Positions 1-10,979 are shown, counted from the stretch's first letter. The stretch: DNA of 64,000 bases from Candidatus Nomurabacteria bacterium (GCA_963842815.1 CAWJHU010000001.1:179020-243019); one strand, 5' to 3'. The notes: a model not told the origin generated them from the sequence alone. Program-made: numbers and translations.

Positions 1-1293
1 GTTGGGGGTCAGACCCGATAAATTAAATTTAATGTTTCCATAGAGATTGGAATAATCATTCATATCAAAATTCTGTTCACTTCCCGGAACCAGAGTCCAA
101 AATGGCACCGAACCCCCGTAGTTTGAAAGTTCTTGATATTCAAAATAAGTTTCAACTGATTTGTTTGTTGTTCCGTCCGTATTTACGTTCGGAGAACAGT
201 AATAACCGTTTAAAACAGCGGAATCAGAGCCTATGGTCGTAGCGGGATTTGTTTGTACTGTCGTATCGTAGCAATTGGTACGAAAACTTTTTACTATACT
301 GCTTCCGCCATAGGCTATATTCAGTGAATTTGAAATTATGGCGCAATAATAATATGTAGTGTTCGGGCTCAAGCCGGTTATTTTTGTGGAGAAAGGTTGT
401 GAAGATGTGGCCCCCAGTGATGCTCCATTATCGTCTGTTTTTATATCTCCCGTTGCCATCATATTCGTGCCATAAATATCATTGCAGTAAATCGGTGAAA
501 TTTTTGCCTTGGAATATCTGAAATATGCTGTGAGCGGAAGTGTTGATGTTGACGAATCAACATAACCTCCAATACCATGCAGAACTGCTGTGGTTTGAGT
601 AATGTCTTTAGCGTCTGAGGTGGAGACAGAAATTTCCGTATCGCACGTGCCGGTTGCGGGGTTGTAAACTTTTGGATAGGGACAAGCTACCGAATTGACG
701 CATTTATTGGCAAATGAATTGTAAATCTGTGAAGAAGGACAGCTTGGCGGAGTAATGCAAGCATTAACCGCAGAACTATAAACCTGTGGAGAGGTGCAAG
801 CCAACGGAAGAACACAAGTATTAACAGCAGGACTATAGACTTTTGGAGAAGCGCAGACCAGAGGAGTAACACAAGTACCGGTTGCAGAACTATATACCTC
901 CGGAGAAGGACAGGAAATATCAATGGATGCTGTGGCTACCGCCCAATCGTTTTCACCAAGACCATTAAAACAATAAATTTTAAAAGTCATCGGAGAAGTT
1001 ATAGAGGGGACAGCTTCGCTTTTTGATGTTGGGGGTGGTGAAATGTTGCCGAAAGAACCACTTATAAAACCATTGGGCAATTCCGACGAAAGAGTACAAA
1101 CCGTAATCGGGTTTGTGTCAGTTAATGACCATGCCAAGGTGGAAGAGCCTTTGTAGGGTACAGATGTTGGGTTGGCGGAAAAAGTTATAGTCGGGGGTGT
1201 TGCCGAAACATTCTGCGCGAAAAATATTCCCATTGCCAGAATAAATATTGCTACCCCGTATGAAATCTTTTCTGTTTTTTTTATGTTCGTCAT
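1..1293 (-). CDS. Secreted/surface protein with five 19-aa Cys repeats (runs off the window start)
   Basis: Manual translation from ATG at 1293: MTNIKKTEKISYGVAIFILAMGIFFAQNVSA (signal peptide), then repeats such as CPSPEVYSSATGTCVTPLV. Absent from the ORF track, presumably because no stop lies in the window. Confidence 0.8.
   Translation of the reverse strand, partial: MTNIKKTEKISYGVAIFILAMGIFFAQNVSATPPTITFSANPTSVPYKGSSTLAWSLTDTNPITVCTLSSELPNGFISGSFGNISPPPTSKSEAVPSITSPMTFKIYCFNGLGENDWAVATASIDISCPSPEVYSSATGTCVTPLVCASPKVYSPAVNTCVLPLACTSPQVYSSAVNACITPPSCPSSQIYNSFANKCVNSVACPYPKVYNPATGTCDTEISVSTSDAKDITQTTAVLHGIGGYVDSSTSTLPLTAYFRYSKAKISPIYCNDIYGTNMMATGDIKTDDNGASLGATSSQPFSTKITGLSPNTTYYYCAIISNSLNIAYGGSSIVKSFRTNCYDTTVQTNPATTIGSDSAVLNGYYCSPNVNTDGTTNKSVETYFEYQELSNYGGSVPFWTLVPGSEQNFDMNDYSNLYGNIKFNLSGLTPN
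643..912 (-). repeat. Five degenerate 57-bp (19-aa) tandem repeats, C-x-S-P-x-V-Y-x6-C
   Basis: Units CPSPEVYSSATGTCVTPLV / CASPKVYSPAVNTCVLPLA / CTSPQVYSSAVNACITPPS / CPSSQIYNSFANKCVNSVA / CPYPKVYNPATGTC. Confidence 0.85.
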
Positions 1294-1344
1294 AATTTTC
1301 TACTTTATAACTTTACAAACTTACTTTATGAACTTGATGACTAT

Positions 1345-4278
1345 TTAATAAATTCCGATTGTTTTTTCAAATAAACCTTCCGAAACAACATCGATTGAAC
1401 TTGCTCCTAGGGAGTCAAATTGATTGCCAGGAGTTTCATTAGCCCCTCCTGCTGGGACTAAGTCCCAAAGTTTTAATCTTTCTGGTCCCGTTAGTATTTT
1501 TTTATTTGTAGCATCCCCGGCATCCGATGAAAAATAGACAAAACTTAAGAAACCTGGACCAAGAACACTGTATTTATTAACAGGAGTATGGGTAGCAGGA
1601 TAGCCACTATTCCATGGGTCTGGCAAAGCGGTTCCCGCTTTTATAAAATTATTATAATCGTAAATTATAGGCAACGATGATGGATAAGTCATTCTTTCAA
1701 CGGAATTAACATCAAAATTATCCCAGTTAGCTGGAGGATTGCCAATTCCATTTAAGTCTACATGGGGAAATTTTAATGGCCCCCAAGTTCCACTCGCATT
1801 TATCCCGCCATATGTAAACGTGCCTATCGTTCCTGCTTCCATCCCCCCCAATCCCGGTTCCCACACAGGGCGGCTTATGACAGTCCAAGTTCCTGCCCCC
1901 GTTAAACTTTTCCAAGTTCCTACGCCATTTCCTATGGCCTTCCAAGTAGCAGTTCCTTCCCCTCCTGTTCCCGTAATGGCTGTCCAAGTTCCCGAATAAA
2001 TTCCGTTACCCCAATCCCCATTGCGCGGATTTTCAAGTTGCGCTTCGCAGCCGTTGGGTCCTTTTAGAAGAGTGTTGTACACATAATTTTTTTCATCAAC
2101 TATTTGTTTTGTTAAATTATCAACGCTGGCGATATCGGCTCCATTAACCATTTCCGCAGACAATCTTCCGAATGCGTCTATTTGAGGTTTTAAAAGACTT
2201 TCATATTCATCTCCTTTGGCCGGATAGCTATCATTCAAATCGTCCACTTGTTTTTTTATATACTCAAGAGTGTTTACAACACGCTTCAATGAAATTATTT
2301 TATCTTCATTGTCTTTTATCATTTGATTGTACCCCGTCAATTGATTAAAGTCATTAGTTGCTTCCTTGGCGACATCGGGCAAATAATCCGGACTAGAAAA
2401 ATACGTTTTATCCATAATATCAATATATCTACCTAATATTATATTCATAATATTAATGACTCCTTCTTGGCTTGATATGTTGTCATTCGTATTTGATGTT
2501 GTGTCCATAAAATTGGGCATATAACCTGTTAAAGAAGCAAACTCACGAGAATAATAACCTCTCATATAAAAACCAGCCATTTTGTCACCTTGGGTCCCTC
2601 CTCCCATTAAACTACTTAGAAATCCGCCAACAACAGGGATATTACTAACGATGTTGCTGACAACACCACCAATCGTACTCCCAGTGCTGCTATCGCCCCT
2701 ATCTGCGCTTTTCATTGATGATGTAACGTTTGTTAAAGTTGTTTGCGCGTCTTGTTCCCACCCCGGATGTGGTCCCGGGATGCAATAATCCAATTGATAG
2801 ATTGCCGGAATTAATCCGTAGGCATTGGTAACTCCCGTGCTAGGGTCAGTCGCGTAAGGCTTATCATCTGTTGTGGAATTTAGCTCTTTATTTTGCTGTA
2901 TGAGCTTATCGGAATAAGTTCTCTGTTCATCCACCAGAGCCTGGGTAAGGTCGGTGCGAATATCAAAATCCGGATTGGCCGCCAGCCAAGAACTTGTCAG
3001 TTGAGATGGCGTATAATCTTTTTCCGTTTGAGTTTGATATGCAACGCCTGAATCCACTGTACTGGTAGTGTATAAGGTTCCATCCGCTCCTTCTTCACTC
3101 GCATTAGCAAAACCTTTTTCCATAATAGTGGAAGAAAATTTAGACAAAAGCGCGTCTGTGATGGCGGCAATGGCGTCATTTAAATCCTGCACATTAAAAT
3201 AACTGGTACTCTGATAACTCATTACGTTTTGAGCCGCATAGGCCACCATAGAACCCGGCGTAACGTATTGCCAAGTTCCGCCTCCCTCTACACAAGGGTC
3301 TGGTTTTCCTGCCGCCAAAGCGGTATTTTTTTGTTGTAATGTAACACCTATGGTGCAACGATAATCTCCCAAAAATCCCTGAGCCTGTTGCAGAGTGTCA
3401 TGAAATTGTTGGGCAGTTGATTGAACTGTTCCCGCTAGTCTTTGTTGCAGTTCATTATCAGCCATCAATTGAAAACCAAGAGGATTATTAGCTGGAACTT
3501 GAGTCATAGCTGTCCAAGCATTCCATCCGCCCTGGCTAAAATCCGCCTTAAAAGTTTCACCGGAATATTCCGGAGTTGTTTGTTGAACAAGTTGGTCTAA
3601 AGAATATCTTACATTGTCTTGAAATTTATTATTGAAAGCGGCTGCCGTATTTTGCAACCAACCTTTACTGAATGGACCCACTCCTTTTATTTCCAGACCG
3701 AATTGCAATACTTCATTTTTAGCGATGTCTCCGAAAAATTTGCTCGGATTTTGCACAAAAGCCGGACTGCCATTGAAACCTTTCTTAATCCAGCTGACCG
3801 TGCTTTGTGTTAATTTTTGCAAAAGCATTTTAATCATCAGCCGTCCAATGCTGGCTATGCAAGTAGCATCATCAGAATTTGCTTTATCAGCCGCAGCATT
3901 AGCAGCCGAAGAATTGGCTATTTTCTGTAATAAATCGTTAGCATTTGGGCTATTGGTTTCAATGGAGGTAGCCGTACTTGCTGCTGAACTGGCTGTTTTA
4001 CCTAAACTTCCCGTTATTTCCCCGGGAGCGACAGGGTTGCCGTTGCTATCAACACCTGAACTAAACAAATTTCCAACCCCGCTAAACAAATTATTTATTG
4101 AACTATTTATTACATTCTTACATTGTGGCAGAGCAGCGATAGCCGGACCAAGTCCGGTTGCATACCCTGTCATGCTTTGCGCTTCAGCTTTTTTAGGAAT
4201 CAAACCCAAAGGCATCAGTATTGTGCTTACAATCAATAGAAATGAAATTATTGAATTATTAAGATATTTTTTACCCAT
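1345..4278 (-). CDS. Large secreted hypothetical protein (Parcubacteria-type)
   Basis: 977-aa ORF, N-terminal signal peptide, GGWNAW...NNPLG motif, GTW-repeat region near the C-terminus. Confidence 0.8.
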   Translation of the reverse strand: MGKKYLNNSIISFLLIVSTILMPLGLIPKKAEAQSMTGYATGLGPAIAALPQCKNVINSSINNLFSGVGNLFSSGVDSNGNPVAPGEITGSLGKTASSAASTATSIETNSPNANDLLQKIANSSAANAAADKANSDDATCIASIGRLMIKMLLQKLTQSTVSWIKKGFNGSPAFVQNPSKFFGDIAKNEVLQFGLEIKGVGPFSKGWLQNTAAAFNNKFQDNVRYSLDQLVQQTTPEYSGETFKADFSQGGWNAWTAMTQVPANNPLGFQLMADNELQQRLAGTVQSTAQQFHDTLQQAQGFLGDYRCTIGVTLQQKNTALAAGKPDPCVEGGGTWQYVTPGSMVAYAAQNVMSYQSTSYFNVQDLNDAIAAITDALLSKFSSTIMEKGFANASEEGADGTLYTTSTVDSGVAYQTQTEKDYTPSQLTSSWLAANPDFDIRTDLTQALVDEQRTYSDKLIQQNKELNSTTDDKPYATDPSTGVTNAYGLIPAIYQLDYCIPGPHPGWEQDAQTTLTNVTSSMKSADRGDSSTGSTIGGVVSNIVSNIPVVGGFLSSLMGGGTQGDKMAGFYMRGYYSREFASLTGYMPNFMDTTSNTNDNISSQEGVINIMNIILGRYIDIMDKTYFSSPDYLPDVAKEATNDFNQLTGYNQMIKDNEDKIISLKRVVNTLEYIKKQVDDLNDSYPAKGDEYESLLKPQIDAFGRLSAEMVNGADIASVDNLTKQIVDEKNYVYNTLLKGPNGCEAQLENPRNGDWGNGIYSGTWTAITGTGGEGTATWKAIGNGVGTWKSLTGAGTWTVISRPVWEPGLGGMEAGTIGTFTYGGINASGTWGPLKFPHVDLNGIGNPPANWDNFDVNSVERMTYPSSLPIIYDYNNFIKAGTALPDPWNSGYPATHTPVNKYSVLGPGFLSFVYFSSDAGDATNKKILTGPERLKLWDLVPAGGANETPGNQFDSLGASSIDVVSEGLFEKTIGIY

Positions 4279-4292
4279 TTTACTTTATTGTA

Positions 4293-5274
4293 TCATTGTT
4301 TTGATAGAAAAGTCTCTAAATCTCCCACTGCCGTGACTAAATCATTGCTATATTTTTGATATTCGGAAAGTCCGGAAAGCCCAACGATGGGGTCACTTGA
4401 AATTTCCCCCAAATTTGAAACACTGATGCCGGTGTTGTTGGCGCTATTGGCTATGCGCAAATGATAATCCGCCAAACTTTGCGGAACGCTCATATCCATT
4501 ATTTTTTTAGCAAAATCTTCATAGGCGTTTCCAATTGCCGACAATTTGCTGTATTTATCGGCATTGTCTGCCGTTCCGCTTGCAGGACTTGCAGCAAGTC
4601 CGTTGCTTACAATGCTTAATTCATCCCCCAACCCGCTGTTTGCCTGATAGTTTTTAAATAAATTTTTCACATCCTCGTAGTATTTTTGTTTGGAAGCAGA
4701 ATCATCAGTGGTGCTCATTTTTACATCCGCTGCCGAGTAGCGGTCAATCAAATTTGGATTCACTATATTTTGTCCGAGAGAATTGGAAAAACTATTTATG
4801 GCATCGCTGTCGCTTTGTCCGGAAGATTTCAATGCCATATAGCTAGCAAAAAATTGCTGAGCGAATTTATCCGTCTCGGTCATATTTTGTTCTTCTGCGC
4901 TGGCGCTTTCGGATATATTCAATTCTTTCTTTTTATTTTCTATATAGGTGGCATCCGGAGTATTATTGAAAGTCATTTTTTTGTTCGGGTCCAGTACCCC
5001 AAAGAGCTTCTTCCCAATCCGGTATGCCGTCGCCGTCGGTATCCTTTTGAATCAAATCCGCAACGGATTGATTTTCCACCTGAAGAGCGGTTGCGTTTTT
5101 ATTTCCCGTAATGGAAAAACTTTCTCCCCGAGAGGACATAAAGAAAATCACAAAAATAATTATTCCCAGAACAAAAATCATGCCCGTTATTATTGCAAAC
5201 TTTTTGCTCGGCAAATATTTTTTATATTCTTCTTTTATTATTTTTTTTGCTGTTTTTTTGAAAAATTCTTTCAT
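4293..5274 (-). CDS. Membrane-anchored protein with DxDGDG Ca-binding motif, split by a 1-nt frameshift near 4990
   Basis: ORFs 4963-5274 and 4293-4976 join as DTDGDGIPDWEEALWGT-DPNKK-MTFNN if one extra G is removed. Confidence 0.75.
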
Positions 5275-5279
5275 ATTTT

Positions 5280-5681
5280 TTATCTGGATGTTCCAAAAAG
5301 ATTTATTGTGTCTAGACTGACAGTTTCAACACATACCGAAGGAGGACAAGGCCTCGTGCAAGTTATCATTGATTGCCCTTCATATTTGCCTAGGATTAAC
5401 CCGCCCATTTTTGGGGTAGTTCTGGTTTTAGAAGTTATATAAGAGGGAATAAAATAATTAATCGGGGTGCTCGTCTGGGAGCCAAGGGGTAAGATTGAAA
5501 TTGAGGTACCAAACATAGGGCATGTGTAGCCAGCATCCTTAAGTGCCTCTATTGGGATAGCGGTTGTTTCAATTACTCTCCCGCCAAAAAACTTTCCCAA
5601 GGAAAAAGAAGCGGAAACTACCCTAGTACTGGCAAATACCAGAAAAACGATTAGCAAAATAAAAATTATGCCTTTTTTCAC
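5280..5681 (-). CDS. Small secreted hypothetical protein
   Basis: 133 aa, signal peptide, FGGRV motif, several Cys. Confidence 0.7.
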   Translation of the reverse strand: MKKGIIFILLIVFLVFASTRVVSASFSLGKFFGGRVIETTAIPIEALKDAGYTCPMFGTSISILPLGSQTSTPINYFIPSYITSKTRTTPKMGGLILGKYEGQSMITCTRPCPPSVCVETVSLDTINLFGTSR

Positions 5682-5713
5682 ATATATATTATAACAATAT
5701 TAAAAGATAGGTG

Positions 5714-6577
5714 CTACTCTTTTTTGTTGATATCTGCGTCTTTTACAAGATAAATCCAATCCATAAGCGAAAGTTCTTCCGCTCTTTTGTTTTTAAGGGT
5801 ATTTTCAGAGGATTTTTTTAGAAAAATTTGTGAATTTTTCAAATTTGACGACAGTTTTTTCCTTTTGTGGGCAAATCCGGCGCGAACTATCTCCCAAAAT
5901 TGTTTTTCATCTATTTTATTTTCGGTAAAAAGTTTTCTGGAAATATTTTTTATGGCAATTACAGCTGAATCCACTTTTGGAGCCGGTGAAAAATATCTTG
6001 CCGGCACCTTCATAATCATTTAGGTTCTCCATATGCTTTTACGGAGATTGAAAGAATACTTTCTTTTTTATCCCGAGCCATTATTCTTTGGGCCACTTCG
6101 TTTTGCACCATCAGAATCATTCTTTCCGGCTGGTTTTTTTCCGTCAGAAATTTTTTCAATATGGCGCCGGTAATGTTGTAAGGAATATTGGCGATAATTT
6201 TATAAAAACATGGCATGAAGTTTTTTTCATGGTCTGGCCGGGATAGGGACCCGGGGATCCGAGGACCTGAAAAAAATTTGCAGGCCATGTTTTTAATATC
6301 AGCGTTCAAAATATCTTCATTCATTAAAATTAATTTTTTATTTTTGATTTCCTCGGAAAATTTTTCTTGAAGCAGTTGAAAAAGATCTCGATCTTTTTCA
6401 ACTGCAATTACGCATCCGGCTTTTTCCAAAAGTTTTTCCGTGAGTACCCCTTTCCCTGGTCCGATTTCCAAAATAATATCTTCGCTCGAAATTTCTCCGG
6501 CTTCAACAATTTTATTGAGCGCAGGAATCTGATTTCAAAAAATTTTGCCCCAATGATTTTTTTGCTTTATGTATCAT
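5714..6577 (-). CDS. rsmA: 16S rRNA dimethyladenosine transferase (frameshifted in this sequence)
   Basis: [10 protein letters not shown] start, EIGPGKG SAM motif, [24 protein letters not shown] across fragments. Confidence 0.9.
6203..6295. repeat. Hairpin element family A, in-frame in rsmA
   Basis: Outer IR taaaaacatggc/gccatgttttta; 42-bp core 6229-6270 is 41/42 identical to 8290-8331. Confidence 0.9.
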
Positions 6578-8585
6578 ATGTAAATTGTTTTTATTCCACC
6601 CTTCTCTCCTTCCTTTTCTAATAAATCTCCCGGAATATCGGAAATAAATTCGGAAGGAGTATTTATTTGGCGCGAACCGAAAATGGTGCGGAAATTCGCG
6701 AAAGATAAAAATAATTTTTCTTTGGCGCGAGTAAGGGCGACATAAAAAAGCCGGCGTTCTTCTTCTCTATCTTCGGCAGTTTTTATTTCACCGTCTCTTT
6801 CGTGCGGGAAAAGTCCGTCTTCCAGGCCGGTGATGAAAACATATTTAAATTCAAGTCCTTTTGAAGCATGCACAGTCATTAATTTCACCGCATTTTTTCG
6901 TCTTTTTTATTTTCCGTAATCATTAGCGAGTCTTGGTCTGAGGCCAGAGATGCATCTTCCAAAAGTTTTTCAATTCCCATTCCATCCTTTAAATTATCAT
7001 ATTTTAAGGCCAAAGTGGCCAATTCCTTTATGTTTTCCAATCTTTCCATATCTTCTTCCGTTCCCGCTTTAAGTTCATCTTCAATGCCGGATTTTTTTAC
7101 CGTGAATTTTATAACATCGGATGCTTTTTTATTTTTTATTTTTTCTTTTATTTCTTCCAGTGTTTTGTAAAAATTATCAATTTTTATTTTTATTTTTATC
7201 GGCAAACTTTCTTTTTCTCCGGCAAAAATTTTAGCAAAGTCACTTTCCCTATTCCCCGTGCCGGGAAATTTATAATTCTTTTTATATCCGAAAGACTTTC
7301 CGGATTAAGGCCGCGCGAAGATAAGCAAGAGTGTCTTTAATTTCTTTTCTCTCAAAAAATTTAACACCCAAAACTTGATATGGAATATTGTATTGAAGCA
7401 TTGCTTCTTCCAGCGCGCGCGATTGAAAATTTGCGCGGTACAAAATTGCAATTTCAGACATCGACTCATTCGATCCTATCTAGTATTTCCAAAATTTTGT
7501 CGCGACAAATCCGCTTCGTCGTTTTCGTCTAGCGCTTCATAAAAACCATTTTTTCGCCATTTTATTTTTGGTAAATAAATTTTTATCCGGCCTGATATTT
7601 ATTTTTCTTTGATTATTTCATTGGCCGCTTCCAAAATATTTTGCGTGGAACGGTAATTTTCTTCCAATAAAATTATTTTCGCTTTCGGATAATCTTTTTC
7701 AAAACTCAAAATATTTTTTAAATTTGCTCCGCGCCAGGAATAAATATTTTGGTCGGCGTCTCCCACCACGCAGATATTTTTATTATTTTCCGGAAAGCAA
7801 GTTTGGACATCAAATATTGCACTTCATTGGTGTCTTGATATTCATCAATGTGAATATATTCCCATTTTTCCTGATAAATTTTTCTGATTTCTTTATTTTC
7901 TTTCAGTAATTTTGTCGCTTTCAAAAGCAAATCATCAAAATCCAAAGAATTTTCTTTCGTTTTTTTTTTTTCATACAAACTCCACACTTGCGCCACGATT
8001 TTACCCAAGTAATCCGTTGCTTTTTCTGCATAATCTGCAAGATGGGTAAATTTCCCTTTTTCCCGGCTGATTATATTTTTTATTTTTTTCGGGTCGTATT
8101 GTTTCGGGTCCAATCCAAGTTCTTTCATGGCTTCTTTTATCAAGGTCGTTGAATCTGATTCATCTAAAATAGTAAAATGTTTGGTCAGCCCCAACAATTC
8201 GCGCATTTTCTTTGATTATATAAACTCCCAGAGAATGAAAAGTGCTAATAAAAGGCCTACTAACAACTTCGCCGGTAATACTTTTTTGAATGGTCTGGCC
8301 GGGATAGGGACCCGGGAATCCGAGGACCTGAGAAAAAGCATTACCGGCGAAGTTTGTTTTTATTGCCGAATTAATTCTTTCTTGCATTTCCTTGGCGGCT
8401 TTATTAGTAAAAGTAACAGCTAAAATTTTCTCCGGCGCCACCCCGTTTTTTATCAGATTTAGTATTCTGTGCGTGATTGTTTTAGTTTTCCCCGCCCCCG
8501 CTCCCGCCACAATCAAAAGCGGTCCCTCCATATGCATGGCCGCTTCCCTTTGTTTGTTATTGAGTTCCGATAAATGGTCTGACAT
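6574..8585 (-). CDS. pcrA: ATP-dependent DNA helicase PcrA/UvrD (multiple frameshifts)
   Basis: [53 protein letters not shown] across fragments. Confidence 0.92.
8265..8354. repeat. Hairpin element family A, in-frame in pcrA
   Basis: 22-bp IR aacttcgccggtaatacttttt/aaaaagcattaccggcgaagtt around the shared 42-bp core. Confidence 0.9.
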
Positions 8586-8695
8586 TCATCCAATATAACA
8601 TAAAAACTCATTTTGTTATTGATATTACTAGATTTATCTAAAATTCATCTCTAGGCTGGAGGAAGCTAGACTTTCTCCGGTTATCCACACCCCGA

Positions 8696-8885
8696 TTGAC
8701 TTGAGTGAGGAAGTGAGCTACCCTTAATGTAGCCCTGGACAGGAAGTATGGAATAAATTGGCTGAACGGGCGAAACGACAGTAACCATCGTGAGAACCTT
8801 ATCCGCCATATGGCGGGTGCAGTACAATTCAGGTCGTCCTGTAATTCTACCCTTATATACTAATGTTTTTTTTGGGGTAAGGAGG
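8696..8885 (+). ncRNA. Candidate structured 5' leader or sRNA upstream of the LysM-M23 gene
   Basis: TTGACT-17-TACCCT promoter; pairings acagga/tcctgt, ctgaa/ttcag, acga/tcgt, ccgcca/tggcgg. Confidence 0.4.
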
Positions 8886-8968
8886 AAATCTCGCGGTAAT
8901 TAATTTGTTTTATAAAACCTCAATTTAAAATATACAGCTTTATTCTGGCCTTTTCCCTGTTATCTGGG

Positions 8969-10018
8969 GTGTTTTTTGCGCCCTTTACAGCAAAAGCCGG
9001 TTTTTTCTCTGCCCTTCTAGGAAACGAAGCCTCGGCTGATGCAACAGCAACAGATTCTTCCACCAAAAATTGCCAAACGATGAATCTTCTTCAAGCAAAT
9101 GTCTCTTCTGCCCCGATTTTACAAGACAAAGACAACACGGACAATGACGGAGGGGTTAAAAGCGACACAAATGTTAACATTTCTGGGAACGCTCTTTCCC
9201 CCGCAACCAGCCACGTCGGAGCATCGGACAATTTAAACACCGGAGATTCACCCACCGACCAAATAAGTGTTTACGTGGTAAGGAAAGGCGATTCTATTAC
9301 TTGGATAGCGCAGACTTTCGGAGTTTCTGTTGATACCATCTATTGGGCCAATAATATGAAAAAAGGAGACAAGCTTGTCGAGGGAGACACGCTTTTTATT
9401 TTGCCGGTTTCCGGGGTTAAGGTGACAGTTGCTAAGGGAGATACATTAAAAAGCATAGCCAAAAAGTATAACGTGGATGTTTCCGATATAGCCGGCTATA
9501 ATGGAATTCCTGAAAATGCAAAATTGGCAGTTGGAGATGAACTCATTATTCCTGATGGGGAAATGGCGGATGAAGGTTCGGCTGTATCAGTCCCGAAAAC
9601 AAATTCTGGCAGTTATATAAGAACCCCTATTGTTTATATTCCGGGATACTTTATTAACCCTGTTCCTGATTATAAATATAGAAGTCAGGGTCTTCATGAC
9701 CACGGAGAGGCTATTGATTTAGCGGCAAATAAAGGATCATCCATATTGGCTTCAGCCGCCGGAACAATTATTTTTGCCCGCAACGGTTATAACGGAGGCT
9801 ACGGCAACATGGTTATCATTGACCATCCGAACGGAACACAAACTCTCTATGGTCATATGTCAAAAATTTTAATTCATACCGGCGATGATGTTTATCAGGG
9901 ACAATTAATCGGCTTAGTTGGTTCTACTGGCCACTCAACCGGACCTCATTTGCATTTCAGAGTAATGGGAGCAAGAAATCCCGGAGGAGATACCCCTATG
10001 TCCTGGGCAACTCAATAG
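8969..10018 (+). CDS. LysM x2 + M23 peptidase (true start probably slightly upstream)
   Basis: Two LysM repeats (YVVRKGDSI, VAKGDTL), HGEAIDLA, YGHM, STGPHLHF. Confidence 0.9.
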   Translation: MFFAPFTAKAGFFSALLGNEASADATATDSSTKNCQTMNLLQANVSSAPILQDKDNTDNDGGVKSDTNVNISGNALSPATSHVGASDNLNTGDSPTDQISVYVVRKGDSITWIAQTFGVSVDTIYWANNMKKGDKLVEGDTLFILPVSGVKVTVAKGDTLKSIAKKYNVDVSDIAGYNGIPENAKLAVGDELIIPDGEMADEGSAVSVPKTNSGSYIRTPIVYIPGYFINPVPDYKYRSQGLHDHGEAIDLAANKGSSILASAAGTIIFARNGYNGGYGNMVIIDHPNGTQTLYGHMSKILIHTGDDVYQGQLIGLVGSTGHSTGPHLHFRVMGARNPGGDTPMSWATQ

Positions 10019-10045
10019 AGAAAAAAGAATATTAATGCTTTTTAG

Positions 10046-10158
10046 AAAATTTCAAAAACAATGTTTTTAAGGGGTTTCGAGCGCGACGGCGCGAGAATTT
10101 CAGGATTTTTTAAGCTTCAAAAAATCCGTACCGGCAAAAATATTGTTTTTGAAATTTT
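10046..10158 (+). repeat. Hairpin element family B, intergenic
   Basis: 23-bp IR flanking a core; 10064-10140 identical to 15428-15504. Confidence 0.9.
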
Positions 10159-10883
10159 TATACTCCTGCCAATTTTATTGCACTGTATAAAACAGTGACC
10201 CCCAATATTGTAGCAACTGTGGTCCACATTGTGGGGTGATTATGATGGCTTTCAGGCAGTAAATCCGAGGCTCCAATATACAGAAAAAACCCACTAAATA
10301 TGGCTAAAATCACGCCTAGAGTGGCTTCAGAAACCGAAAAAAACAAAGTAGAAGTTATTCCCAAAACCGGAGCAATGGCATCAACAGAGAGCCATTTGAA
10401 TGCCTGTTTTTGTGTACCAGAATTTTTTAAAATCATATTTACCGTATTTATTCCGTCGGAAAAATCATGTACCAAGACGGCAACAGCTACAATGGCGCCG
10501 ACGGCGCTTGATACTTGAAAAGCCAAGCCGATGGCAACGCCATCCAAAAAACTGTGTATAGACAAACTTCCGGCCCCGAGCAACCCCCTCCTATTAGGAG
10601 GACAATTTTCGCTGTTGTGGTCGGAATGCGAATGAAAGAAAAAAAGTCTGTCCAAAAGCATGTAAACAATAAAACCAAGAGCCACAATGGAAGTAATAAA
10701 AGCGATATCATAACTTTGTTTCCCTAGGCTCAATGCCTCCGGCAATAAATCAAAAAAGGCTACGCCGATAACTGCTCCGGCCGAAAAACCTAAAATCAAA
10801 TGTAACTTATCTTTAAAACGCAAAGCAAAAATTCCGCCTAAAAAAGTGGAAACCAATGTCGCTATGCTTATCAAAATAATCAT
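10158..10883 (-). CDS. ZIP-family metal transporter
   Basis: FSAG, His-rich loop, HSFLDG, VHDFSDG, SDLLPE. Confidence 0.9.
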   Translation of the reverse strand: MIILISIATLVSTFLGGIFALRFKDKLHLILGFSAGAVIGVAFFDLLPEALSLGKQSYDIAFITSIVALGFIVYMLLDRLFFFHSHSDHNSENCPPNRRGLLGAGSLSIHSFLDGVAIGLAFQVSSAVGAIVAVAVLVHDFSDGINTVNMILKNSGTQKQAFKWLSVDAIAPVLGITSTLFFSVSEATLGVILAIFSGFFLYIGASDLLPESHHNHPTMWTTVATILGVTVLYSAIKLAGV

Positions 10884-10884
10884 G

Positions 10885-10955
10885 TGCGGGATGGGAGAAT
10901 CGAACTCCCAACCTCAGTTTGGAAAACTGACGTTTTACCATTAAACTAATCCCGC
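10885..10955 (-). tRNA. tRNA-Gly(TCC)
   Basis: Cloverleaf GCGGGAT...ATCCCGCA, anticodon arm TCAGT-TTTCCAA-ACTGA. Confidence 0.95.
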
Positions 10956-10979
10956 AAACATTTATTTTTTGTCGAAGAG

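Noticed and set aside
643-912. 57-bp periodic repeat as a CRISPR array
   Set aside because: Degenerate, codon-phased repeats inside an ORF, with no repeat-spacer structure and no cas genes.
3632-5442. Long antisense ORFs (3632-4336, 4686-5111, 4948-5442) and similar shadow ORFs elsewhere, such as 63277-63882
   Set aside because: They lie opposite well-supported genes and have no recognisable motifs.
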